The position numbers and the translations under genes are program-made. Positions 28,173 to 38,694 of a DNA stretch of 64,000 nucleotides are shown here, one piece after another (position 1 is the first letter of the stretch; the number at the start of each line of letters is the position of its first letter). The notes beneath the pieces are model-generated. The model was not told where the DNA came from and made no database searches. It saw only the letters and a list, made by a program, of their open reading frames with translations. The DNA is from Squalus acanthias (taxonomy: Eukaryota), in assembly GCA_030390025.1 (NCBI GenBank), contig CM059438.1:56050001-56114000 (forward strand). Direction: 5' to 3'.

Positions 28173-28726
28173 GAAGCCTTGCTTCAGCTCACCGATTATA
28201 TGCCCGATCATGTTTCTGGTTGTGGCATTGCTCTCGTTGTAGGCCTGCTTTGCAGCTGTGTCCGAGTTTGTGACAGGAGTTATGAGCTGTGACTGGAGGG
28301 GACGTCCCTTGTCACCCAGTAGCCAGCCTGTAACCTGACAGCCTGGCTGGAATAAAGGCGGCACAGAGAACTGGCGCGTGATGAATAAGTCATGAATGCT
28401 GCCAGAAAACTGGGCACAGACCGGCATGATGCATTGTCTGTGGTTGCAAACCAGCAGGGCGTTGAGGAAATGGACTCCCTTTCGATTGATAAAGATGTCA
28501 GGCTGGTTATAGGGAGCATGTAAGGCAATATGGGTGCAGTCTATGGCACATTGCACCCTGGGGAAGCCTGCAATGCTCAACGTTGTACATGGGGAAAGTA
28601 ATCTCTTTATTCAGCCATGGTGTTTCGTTACTGGCTACTTTGCTCTTGTTTTATTAACAGAATATATTTGTGAATTCTAGTGATCACCATTTTAATTATT
28701 TCACACCATTGTTCTATCTCGGTCTG

Positions 28727-28966
28727 TTAAAAAAAATTCCAGTTTCCTCGTTCCATTTTCATCCCCTCAAAATTAGCTTTTTTCCAACCTATTACTTTTA
28801 TCTTTGTCTTACTTATGTCTTTCTCAATTTTTATCTTAAACTTTATTATGTTGTGATCGCTATTGCCTAGATGTTCCCCAATGCTTACTTCTCTTATCTG
28901 CACTGGCTCATTTCCTATTACTAGATCCAGCAGTGATCCCTCTCTTGTCGGGCTTCTTACATACAG
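28727..28966 (-). mobile_element. CR1 LINE ORF2 fragment (end of the APE endonuclease domain)
   Basis: YVRSPTREGSLLDLVIGNE...GEHLGNSDHNII, homologous to 40270-40400. Confidence 0.88.
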
Positions 28967-28968
28967 AA

Positions 28969-29426
28969 AAAATAGGAAGACTTGCATTTATATAACACCT
29001 TCACAACCTCAGGACGTCCCAAAGTGCTTTACAGCCAATGAAGTACTTTTTCAAGTGTAGTCACTGTTGTAATGTAGAAAACACAGCAGCCAAATTGCAC
29101 ACAGCAAGCTCCCACAAACAGCAATGTGATAATGACCGGATAATCTGTTTAGTGATGTTGATTGAGCGATAAATATTGGCCAGGACACTGAGGCTAGCTC
29201 CTCTGCTCTTCTTCAAAATAGTGCCATGGGATCTTTTATGTCCACCTGAGAGCAGACAAGGCCTCGGTTTAATGTCTCATCCAAAAGACGGCACATCAGA
29301 CAGTGCAGCGCTCCCTCAGTACTGCCCTGGAGTGACAGCCTAGATTTTTGTGCTCAAGTCTCTGTAGTGGGACTTGAACCCACGACCTTGTGACTCAGAG
29401 GCGAGAGTGAAACATTGAGCCACGGC
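28969..29426 (-). mobile_element. Full-length Deu-domain tRNA-SINE (SacSINE1-like)
   Basis: Reverse complement shows tRNA head gccgtggctca...gggttcaagtcccact, core cagtactgagggagcgctgcactgtc, and tail aaatgcaagtcttcc. Homologous to 34746-35150. The family name is from recall. Confidence 0.85.
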
Positions 29427-29811
29427 GGACACATGCTGGGTAAGAAAGGAGTTCCTGTACACACTGTAAAAACTCATTCCCTTTCCCCTTTCCCCACCTC
29501 TTCTTGCCAGTTTATCTGGGGTAGGTGAAGTCTCCTATGATTATTCTTCTTTGTCTCTTACTCATTTCATAGATTTGCTTATTTATGTCTTCCTCCATTT
29601 CCCTTCCACTATTACGTTGTCTGTAGAATACCCCTACTTTGTCTTAATCCAGAGGGCGAAGGTGAGAGAGGTGGAGAGACAGAGAGGTTTAGGGAGGGAA
29701 TTCCAGCCCTCAGGGCCCAGGCAGCTGAAGGCACGGCTGCCAATGGTGGAGCGATTAAAACTGGGGATGCTCAAGAGAAGAAGCCAGAATTGGCCGAATG
29801 CAGAGTCCTCG

Positions 29812-32800
29812 GAGGGTGAGAGGGCTGGAGGAGGTTACAGAGATAGGGAGGGTTGTAGGGCTGGAGGAGGTTACAGAGATAGGGAGGGTTGTGGGGCTGG
29901 AGGAGGTTATAGAGATAGGGAGGGGTGAGGGCTGGAGGAGATTACAGAGATAGGGAGGGTTGTAGGGCTGGAGGAGATTACAGAGATAGGGAGGGTTGTA
30001 GGGCTGGAGGAGATTACAGAGATAGGGAGGGTTGTAGGGCTGGAGGAGGTTACAGAGATAGGGAAGGTTGCAGGGGCTGGAGGAGGTTACAGAGATAGGG
30101 AGGGTTGTAAGGCTGGAGGAAGTTACAGATATAGGGAGGGTTGCAGGGGGCTGGAGGAGGTTACAGAGATAGGGAGGGTTGTAGGGCTGGAGGAGGTTAC
30201 AGAGATAGGGAAGGTTGCAGGGGCTGGAGGAGGTTACAGAGATAGGGAAGGTTGCAGGGGCTGGAGGAGTTTACAGAGATAGGGAGGGTTGTAGGGCTGG
30301 AGGAAGTTACAGAGATAGGGAGGGTTGCAGGGGCTGGAGGAGGTTACAGAGATAGGGAGGGTTGTAGGGCTGGAGGAGGTTACAGAGATAGGGAAGGCTG
30401 CAGGGGCCGGAGGAGGTTACAGAGATAGGGAGGGTTGTCGGGACTGGAGGAGGTTACAGTGATAGGGAGGGTTGTAGGGGCCGGAGGAGGTTACAGAGAT
30501 AGGGAGGGTTGTAGGGACTGGAGGAGGTTACAGTGATAGGGAGGGTTGCAGGGGCCGGAGGAGGTTACAGAGATAGGGAGGGTTGTCGGGCTGGAGGAGG
30601 TTACAGAGATAGGGAGGGTTGTAGGGCTGGAGGAGGTTACAGAGATAGGGAGGGTTGTAGGGGCTGGAGGAGATTACAGAGATAGGGAGGGTTGTAGGGC
30701 TGGAGGAGGTTACAGAGATAGGGAAGGTTGCAGGGGCTGGAGGAGGTTACAGAGATAGGGAGGGTTGTAGGGCTGGAGGAGGTTACAGAGATAGGGAAGG
30801 TTGCAGGGGCTGGAGGAAGTTACAGAGATAGGGAGGGTTGTAGGGCTGGAGGAAGTTACAGAGATAGGGAGGGTTGCAGGGGGCTGGAGGAGGTTACAGA
30901 GATAGGGAGGGTTGTAGGGCTGGAGGAGGTTACAGAGATAGGGAAGGTTGCAGGGGCTGGAGGAGGTTACAGAGATAGGGAAGGTTGCAGGGGCTGGAGG
31001 AGGTTACAGAGATAGGGAGGGTTGTAGGGCTGGAGGAAGTTACAGAGATAGGGAGGGTTGCAGGGGCTGGAGGAGGTTACAGAGAAAGGGAGGGTTGTAG
31101 GGCTGGAGGAGGTTACAGAGATAGGGAAGGTTGCAGGGGCCGGAGGAGGTTACAGAGATAGGAAGGGTTGTCGGGACTGGAGGAGGTTACAGTGATAGGG
31201 AGGGTTGTAGGGGTCGGAGGAGGTTACAGAGATAGGGAGGGTTGTAGGGACTGGAGAAGGTTACAGTGATAGGGAGGGTTGTAGGGGCCGGAGGAGGTTA
31301 CAGAGATAGGGAGGGTTGTGGGGCTGGAGGAGGTTACAGAGATAGGGAGGGTTGTAGGGCTGGAGGAGGTTACAGAGATAGGGAGGGTTGTAGGGGCTGG
31401 AGGAGATTACAGAGATAGGGAGGCTTGTAGGGCTGGAGGAGATTACAGAGATAGGGAGGGTTGTAGGGCTGGAGGAGGTTACAGAGATAGGGAAGGTTGT
31501 AGGGCTGGAGGAGGTTACAGAGATAGGGAGGGTTGTAGGGCTGGAGGAGATTACAGAGATAGGGAGGGTTGTAGGGCTGGAGGAGGTTACAGAGATAGGG
31601 AAGGTTGCAGGGGCTGGAGGAGGTTACAGAGATAGGGAGGGTTGTAGGGCTGGAGGAGGTTACAGAGATAGGGAAGGTTGCAGGGGCTGGAGGAGGTTAC
31701 AGAGATAGGGAGGGTTGTAGGGCTGGAGGAAGTTACAGAGATAGGGAGGGTTGCAGGGGGCTGGAGGAGGTTACAGAGATAGGGAGGGTTGTAGGGCTGG
31801 AGGAGGTTACAGAGATAGGGAAGGTTGCAGGGGCTGGAGGAGGTTACAGAGATAGGGAAGGTTGCAGGGGCTGGAGGAGGTTACAGAGATAGGGAGGGTT
31901 GTAGGGCTGGAGGAAGTTACAGAGATAGGGAGGGTTGCAGGGGCTGGAGGAGGTTACAGAGATAGGGAGGGTTGTAGGGCTGGAGGAGGTTACAGAGATA
32001 GGGAAGGTTGCAGGGCTGGAGGAGATTACAGAGATAGGGAGGGTTGTAGGGCTGGAGGAGGTTACAGAGATAGGGAAGGTTGTAGGGCTGGAGGAGGTTA
32101 CAGAGATAGGGAGGGTTGTAGGGCTGGAGGAGATTACAGAGATAGGGAGGGTTGTAGGGCTGGAGGAGGTTACAGAGATAGGGAAGGTTGCAGGGGCTGG
32201 AGGAGGTTACAGAGATAGGGAGGGTTGTAGGGCTGGAGGAGGTTACAGAGATAGGGAAGGTTGCAGGGGCTGGAGGAGGTTACAGAGATAGGGAGGGTTG
32301 TAGGGCTGGAGGAAGTTACAGAGATAGGGAGGGTTGCAGGGGGCTGGAGGAGGTTACAGAGATAGGGAGGGTTGTAGGGCTGGAGGAGGTTACAGAGATA
32401 GGGAAGGTTGCAGGGGCTGGAGGAGGTTACAGAGATAGGGAAGGTTGCAGGGGCTGGAGGAGGTTACAGAGATAGGGAGGGTTGTAGGGCTGGAGGAAGT
32501 TACAGAGATAGGGAGGGTTGCAGGGGCTGGAGGAGGTTACAGAGATAGGGAGGGTTGTAGGGCTGGAGGAGGTTACAGAGATAGGGAAGGTTGCAGGGGC
32601 CAGAGGAGGTTACAGAGATAGGGAGGGTTGTCGGGACTGGAGGAGGTTACAGTGATAGGGAGGGTTGTAGGGGCCGGAGGAGGTTACAGAGATAGGGAGA
32701 GTTGTAGGGACTGGAGGAGGTTACAGTGATAGGGAGGGTTGTAGGGGCCGGAGGAGGTTACAGAGATAGGGAGGGTTGTGGGGCTGGAGGAGGTTACAGA

Positions 32801-33241
32801 GATAGGGAGGGTTGTAAGGCTGGAGGAGGTTACAGAGATAGGGAGGGTTGTGGGGCTGAAGGAGGTTACAGAGATAGGGAGGGCTGTAGGGCTGGAGGAG
32901 ATTACAGAGATAGGGAGGATTGTCGGGCTGGAGGAGGTTACAGAAATTGGGAGGGTTGTAGGGCTGGAGGAGATTACAGAAAACTTGGAGGGCTGTAGGG
33001 GCTGGAGGAGGTTACAGAGATAGGGAGGGCTGTAGGGCTGGAGGAGGTTACAGAGATAGGGAGGGCTATAGGGGCTGGAGGAGGTTACAGAGATAGGGAG
33101 GGTTGTAGGGGCTGGAGGAGGTTACAGAGATAGGGAGGGCTGTAGGGGCTGGAGGAGGTTACAGAGATAGGGAGGATTGTAGGGGCTGGAGGAGGTTACA
33201 GAGATAGGGAGGGTTGTGGTGCTGGAGGAGGTTACAGAGAT
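29812..33241. repeat. 36-37-bp satellite (ggctggaggaggttacagagatagggagggttgtag), roughly 94 copies, derived from L2 coding sequence
   Basis: The unit on the minus strand encodes PPYLCNLLQPYN and is continuous with L2 sequence on both sides. Confidence 0.96.
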
Positions 33242-33566
33242 ACGGCGGGGCGAGGCCATGGAGGGATTTGAAAACAAGGATGAGAATTTTAAAATTGAGG
33301 TGTTGCTGGACCAGGAGCCAATGTTGATCAGCGAGCACAGGGGGTGATGGGTGAACGGGACTTGGTGCGAGTTAGGAGACGGACAGCAGAGTTTTGGATG
33401 AGCTGAAGTTTACGGAGGGTGGAAGATGGGAGGCCGGCCAGGAGACCATTGGAATAGTCGAGTCTGGGGGTAACGGAGGCATGGATGAGGGTTTCAGCAG
33501 TAGATGGGCTGAGGTAGGGGCGGAGATCGGTGATATTGTGGAGCTGGAAGTAGGTGGTCTTAGTGA

Positions 33567-33690
33567 TAAAAAGAAAGAAAGACTTGCATTTCTATAGCGC
33601 CTTTCACGACCACCGGACGTCTCAAAGCGCTTTACAGCCAATGAAGTATTTTGGAGTGTAGTCATTGTTGTAATGTGGGAAACACATGCT
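33567..33690 (-). mobile_element. 3' fragment of a Deu-SINE inserted in the L2
   Basis: aaagaaagaaagacttgcatttctatagcgcctttcacgacc...tttacagccaatgaagta matches 28975-29080. Confidence 0.82.
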
Positions 33691-34588
33691 GGGGAGGATA
33701 TGGGGTCGGAAGCTCCGTTCGGCGTCAGATAGAATGCTGAGGTTGCCAACAGTCTGGTTCAGCCTCAGACAGTGTCCAGTGAAGGGAGTTTGTCGATCCA
33801 CCTGATGCAGCCATTAGTGGGAGGGCGGGGTGCTGGGCTGCATGCTCCCTTGCCGCAGACTCTTGACAGCCCTTTGGGTTCACCTTGTTTGATGCAGACT
33901 TTCACTTTGACTGTCCTTGCCTGGTGTTAACGGGGGTGACAACAACCTCCAGATGGGGGTCAGTTGCCTTTCCCCCACCCCCGTTATCACCAACCATTGT
34001 GGCCGGCTCCATTTTAAAAGGCGCCAGGTTTCCAAGCCTGATTCGGGCACTGGGCCCCTCTTAATATGGAAATCAGGGTCTTGAGAGGTGAGACTGCCCT
34101 GTGCAGGCTTTGACTAGTCCCACGGCTGATGGAAGAGCAGGGCCCTGCTACAGGTACATGTTGTGTTATTTTTATGGGCCCCGGGTGAGCAGGAGTGTTC
34201 CAGCATGCTGCCCTGGGCAATCGCCCAGGAACCAAAATCTACCTCTTTCCCTTCACTTGTGCTGTAATTTCTTCACCCTCCGCCCCTTCAGGCTTGGCAG
34301 ATGCTGCTAATAAAGGGAGGTGCTTTCAGAATTTTTTTGACATGCCCCTTAAACTGTCCCCTTCCCTTTAAATTTCACATGCACCCCATTTCCTGTTCCC
34401 ATCTGAGCATTGGCTGCACACACCAGCCGACTGCTTGAATCTGTCTCAATCCCATCAACAGCCATTCAGGCCTAAACCAAGGTCGAGGAAGGTCTCGGCT
34501 ACAGCAGCATTTCACAGCTTCAGTTACGGTGCTGGAGGGCTGAGAAATCCAACTCTGGTTCCCCGCCAGACTCAGTGATTGAACACCA

Positions 34589-34681
34589 GGGGGTGGAATT
34601 TCTTGGTGTCAGTGGAAAATTGGCAGAAATCCTGGAGAAATGCGGATGATCAGGAGAATCCCTGTGGGAATTCAGCCCCCC
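34589..34681. mobile_element. Possible ~92-bp Harbinger-type MITE
   Basis: gggggtggaatttc ... gaattcagccccc form imperfect inverted termini, with near-palindromic flanks acacca/tggtgt. Confidence 0.4.
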
Positions 34682-34745
34682 TTGGTGTAGCACTGAACTG
34701 TAAGGAAAGGGTTAATCAGACTGTCCTGAAGTCTACTAATGCTGT

Positions 34746-35150
34746 ACTCAGTGGGTAGCACTCTCGCCTCTGAGTCAGAAGGTCATGGGTTCAAGTCCCA
34801 CTCCAGGGACTTGAGCACGAAAAGCTAGGCTGACACTCCAGTGCAGTGCTGAGGGAGTGCTGCACTGTCAGAGGTGCCGTCTTTTGAATCAGACGTTAAA
34901 CTGATGCCCCATCTGCTCTCTAAAGAGAGAGATGTAAAAGATCCCAAGGCACTATTCGAAGAAGAGCAGGTGAGTTCTCCCCAGTGTCCTGGCCAATATT
35001 TATCCCTCAATTAACATAATAAAAACAGATGATCTGGTCATTATCACATTGTTTTTTGCGGGAGCTTGCTGTGCATAATTTGGCTGCCGCGTTTCCCACA
35101 TTACAACAGTGACTCCACTTCAAAAGTACTTCATTGGCTGTAAAACGCTT
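34746..35150 (+). mobile_element. Deu-domain tRNA-SINE (SacSINE1-like), near full length
   Basis: ctcagtgggtagc A-box, gggttcaagtccc B-box, core gctgacactccagtgcagtgctgagggagtgctgcactgtc, and 3' part to cattggctgtaaaacgctt. Confidence 0.87.
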
Positions 35151-35572
35151 CAGAACTTCTTTAAACTGCATTAGTTTCTCTTTATATTGCAGTAATATTT
35201 ACCTTCAGCCTTTGCCTGTTAAGCAGGGAAGTATAAGTTAATGTAAAGTCGCACTCCGCTGTTGGGCCAGGTTGCTGCTCCAGCAATGGTCAGTTTCAGG
35301 ATGAAGCAATAAGAGATGTAATTAAAGAGGTGCGATTTCACACTGGTTCCTAAAGTTTCAGAGAACTTTAATCATTTGATAACAGTGCAGGAAAACAGTG
35401 AGTTCTGCTAAGGAAAACCTCTGGGCCTACAGCATACTTTTTAATTGGTACCAATGATCCAGAAACAAAGACAGACTTAGAATTCAAGGTTTCACATGGT
35501 AGAATAGTAATTATTTGTAACAAAGGGAGTTATACTTGTTGCCCAACAGAAAAAGAGCTTGTTAAGTAATGA

Positions 35573-35790
35573 TGCGGAGATGCCGGTGTTGGACTGGGGT
35601 GGACAAAAATGAGAAGTCGCACAACACCAGGTTATAGTCCAACAGATTTATTTAAAATTACGAGCTTTCGGAGCTGTACCTTTCTGCCAATGTACCTTTA
35701 CCTGACGAAGGGGCAACAGCTCCGAAAGCTCGTAATTTTAAATAAATCTGTTGGACTATAACCTGGTGTTGTGCGACTTCTCATTTTTGT
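35573..35790 (+). mobile_element. Penelope-like fold-back insertion: perfect 75-bp inverted repeat with a 14-bp TSD
   Basis: Arms 35603-35677 and 35716-35790 are exact reverse complements. Direct repeat ttgttaagtaatga at 35559-35572 and 35787-35800. Confidence 0.85.
35698..35735 (+). ncRNA. Minimal type I hammerhead ribozyme motif
   Basis: UUAC-CUGACGA-A-GGGGC-AACA-GCUCC-GAAA-GC-UC^GUAA: 4-bp stem I, conserved core, 5-bp stem II, loopless palindromic stem III (AGCU). Predicted cleavage after 35731. Confidence 0.78.
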
Positions 35791-36559
35791 TAAGTAATGA
35801 ACACTAAAGTTATTGATAAGGGTTAAGTCAGTTAAAATTCTCCTTCTATGGAGTAGTATTTTAACTTTTGTACAATCATGTAATGGAGAAAGATACGGAT
35901 TGTCATGAAGAGGGACTGAGAGAAATGTATAAAAACTGACAGTTAGATTGATAAAGGCCGAAGATCCTGTGCTCAGAACTGGAACACGTGCGAGATGCTC
36001 AGTAAACCTGACTTCAATCTTCAAGAGACTTATTGAAGGCCTTACGCTAACGGAACCATCCAGAACAGAAATGACATGTTCCATCCCCAGTCTGTGATTG
36101 CAGTCGGCTGCTACACTTGGCCTTTGTGTCCAGGGCGAAAGCAGGAGAGGAGAGGCAGCGAATTATCAGCCTGGGTTACTGCATCTGATCACCATCCAGT
36201 GAAGCTGCGTGTCTCGGTAGAGTGCGGACAGGATAGGACTGAACCATGAAGGTGAATTGCCTAACTTGCACTCATCTTCCAGATTTATACTTAAAGAATG
36301 GTTACTAGGACAAGGTACCGGATGCTCCCAGTCCTGTGGCCTGTGACCTGTGACCTGTGGCCTGTGACCTGTGGCCTGTGCGATTCACACTCCATCATCA
36401 TTAATAGCCTGCAAACTGGGAGCTGTCACTTGTCCACCTGTGTTCTCAATGCGGGCTCCTGTTGTTGTGGCACGCTGTGCCCAGGTTTGAGCCAGACAGT
36501 TCCGTTTGTGATTGGACTGTTCCTAAAACATTCATTTCTGTGTCTAATGATGTGCAGAT

Positions 36560-36628
36560 TCCCTGGTCTAGTGGTTAGGATTCAGCGCTTTCACCACCAT
36601 AGCCTGGGTTTGATTCCCGTTCAGGGAG
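36560..36628 (+). pseudogene. tRNA-Glu(TTC) pseudogene
   Basis: tccctggtctagtggttaggattcagcgctTTCaccaccatagcctgggtttgattcccgttcaggga aligns to vertebrate tRNA-Glu with a 3-nt deletion near the 5' end and several CpG-type transitions, including in the T-loop (ttcga>tttga). Anticodon at 36590-36592. Confidence 0.85.
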
Positions 36629-36643
36629 CACGATTTTAATACT

Positions 36644-36956
36644 GAGAGGCTGTTTCCCCCGGGCTGGAGTGTCTAGAACTTGGGGCCACAGTCTCAGGAT
36701 AAGTATCGGCCATTTAAGACTGAGATGAGGAGGAATTTCTTCACTCACAGGGTTGTGAATCCTTGGAACGCTCTACCCCAGAGGGCTGTGGATGCTCAGT
36801 CGTTGAATATATTCAAGGCTGAGATCGATAGATTGTTGGACTCTAATGAATCAAGGGATATGGAGACCGGGTGGGAAAGTGGAGTTGAGGTCGAAGATCA
36901 GCCATGATCTTATTGAATGGTGGAGCAGGCTCGAGGGGCCATATGACCTACTCCTG
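36644..36956 (+). mobile_element. 5'-truncated CR1 LINE whose 3' UTR runs into the 27-bp array
   Basis: PFKTEMRRNFFTHRVVNPWNALP, then gatcagccatgatcttattgaatggtggagcaggctcgagggg. Confidence 0.92.
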
Positions 36957-38694
36957 TTCGAGGGGCCGTGTGACCTACTCCTGTTCAAGGGGCCGTGTGG
37001 CCTACTCCTGCTCGAGGGGCTGTGTGACCTACTCCTGCTCGAGGGGCTGTGTGGCCTACTCCTGCTCGAGGGGCTGTGTGGCCTACTCCTGCTCGAGGGG
37101 CCGTGTGACCTACTCCTGTTCGAGGGGCCCTGTGGCCTACTCCTGTTCGAGGGGCCGTGTGACCTACTCCTGCTCGAGGGGCTGTGTGGCCTACTCCTGC
37201 TCGAGGGGCCATGTGACCTACTCCTGTTCGAGGGGCCGTGTGACCTACTCCTGCTCGAGGGGCCCTGTGGCCTCCTCCTGTTCGAGGGGCCGTGTGACCT
37301 ACTCCTGCTCGAGGGGCCCTGTGGCCTACTCCTGCTCGAGGGGCCGTGTGACCTACTCATGCTCGAGGGGCCGTGTGACCTACTCCTGCTCGAGGGGCCC
37401 TGTGGCCTACTCCTGCTCGAGGGGCCGTGTGACCTACTCCTGCTCGAGGGGCCGTGTGACCTACTCCTGCTCGAGGGGCCATGTGGCCTACTCCTGCTCG
37501 AGGGGCCCTGTGGCCTACTCCTGCTCGAGGGGCCGTGTGACCTACTCCTGCTCGAGGGGCCGTGTGACCTACTCCTGTTCGAGGGGCCGTGTGACCTACT
37601 CCTGCTCGAGGGGCCGTGTGACCTACTCCTGCTCGAGGGGCCCTGTGGCCTACTCCTGTTCGAGGGGCCGTGTGACCTACTCCTGCTCGAGGGGCCGTGT
37701 GACCTACTCCTGCTCAAGGGGCCCTGTGGCCTACTCCTGTTTGAGGGGCCGTGTGACCTACTCCTGTTCGAGGGGCCGTGTGACCTACTCCTGCTCGAGG
37801 GGCCGTGTGACCTACTCCTGTTCGAGGGGCCGTGTGACCTACTCCTGCTCGAGGGGCCATGTGGCCTACTCCTGCTCGAGGGACCGTGTGGCCTACACCT
37901 GCTCGAGGAGCCCTGTGGCCTACTCCTGCTCGAGGGGCTGTGTGGCCTACTCCTGCTCGAGGGGCCGTGTGGCCTACTCCTGCTTGAGGGGCCGTATGGC
38001 CTACTCCTGCTCGAGGGGCCCTGTGGCCTACTCCTGCTCGAGGGGCCGTGTGGCCTACTCCTGTTCGAGGGACCGTATGGCCTACTCCTGCTCGAGGGGC
38101 CCTGTGGCCTACTCCTGCTCGAGGAGCCCTATGGCCTACTCCTGCTCGAGGGGCCGTGTGGCCTACTCCTGTTCGAAGGACCGTATGGCCTACTCCTGCT
38201 CGAGGGGCCGTGTGGCCTACTCCTGCTCGATGGGCCGTATGGCCTACTCCTGCTCGAGGGGCCGTATGGCCTACTCCTGCTCGATGGGCCTTATGGCCTA
38301 CTCCTGCTCAAGGGGCCGTATGGCCTACTCCTGCTCGAGGGGCCCTGTGACCTACTCCTGCTCGAGGGGCCCTGTGGCCTACTCCTGCTTGAGGAGCCGT
38401 GTGGCCTACTCCTGCTAGAGGGGCCGTGTGGCCTACTCCTGCTCGAGGCGTCGTATGGCCTACTCTTGCTCGAGGGGCCGTATGGCCTACTCTTGCTCGA
38501 GGGGTCGTATGGCCTACTCTTGCTCGAGGGGCCGTATGGCCTACTCTTGCTCGAGGGGTCGTATGGCCTACACTTGCTCGAGGGGCCGTATGGCCTACTC
38601 CTGCTCGAGGGGCCGTGTGGCCTACTCCTGCTCGAGGGGCCATATGGCCTACTCCTGCTCGAGGGGCCGTATGGCCTACTCCTGCTCGAGGGGC
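36930..38694. repeat. 27-bp satellite (ctcgaggggccgtgtg(a/g)cctactcctg), ~65 copies, left block
   Basis: The unit equals the CR1 3'-terminal segment seen single-copy at 46002-46030. Confidence 0.97.

Larger units (their letters stand above)
16927..28580 (-). pseudogene. Decayed Harbinger (HARBI1-like) DDE transposase, split by a SINE and a 10.6-kb GAG-repeat expansion
   Basis: 28580-28175 reads IAGFPRVQCAIDCTH...GSIHD...LLGDKG...LKQ. 27767-27630 reads CLDHSGGALQ*THERVSRFVRICCMLHN. 17030-16927 reads EEEEQ...ASRALREQVMEEYFS*. These pieces are collinear with ORF 55331-56629. Confidence 0.88.
29650..33780 (-). mobile_element. L2 LINE ORF2 3' portion, interrupted by an internal satellite and a SINE fragment
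   Basis: Minus strand 33560-33240 reads TAETLIHASVTPRLDYSNGLLAGLP...KLQLIQNSAVR...FKILILVFKSLHGLAPPYL (with small indels) and resumes below 29815. These are typical L2 C-terminal motifs. Confidence 0.85.

Noticed and set aside
36560..36628. Functional tRNA-Glu
   Set aside because: The deletion at the acceptor/D-arm junction and the mutated T-loop and stems indicate a pseudogene.
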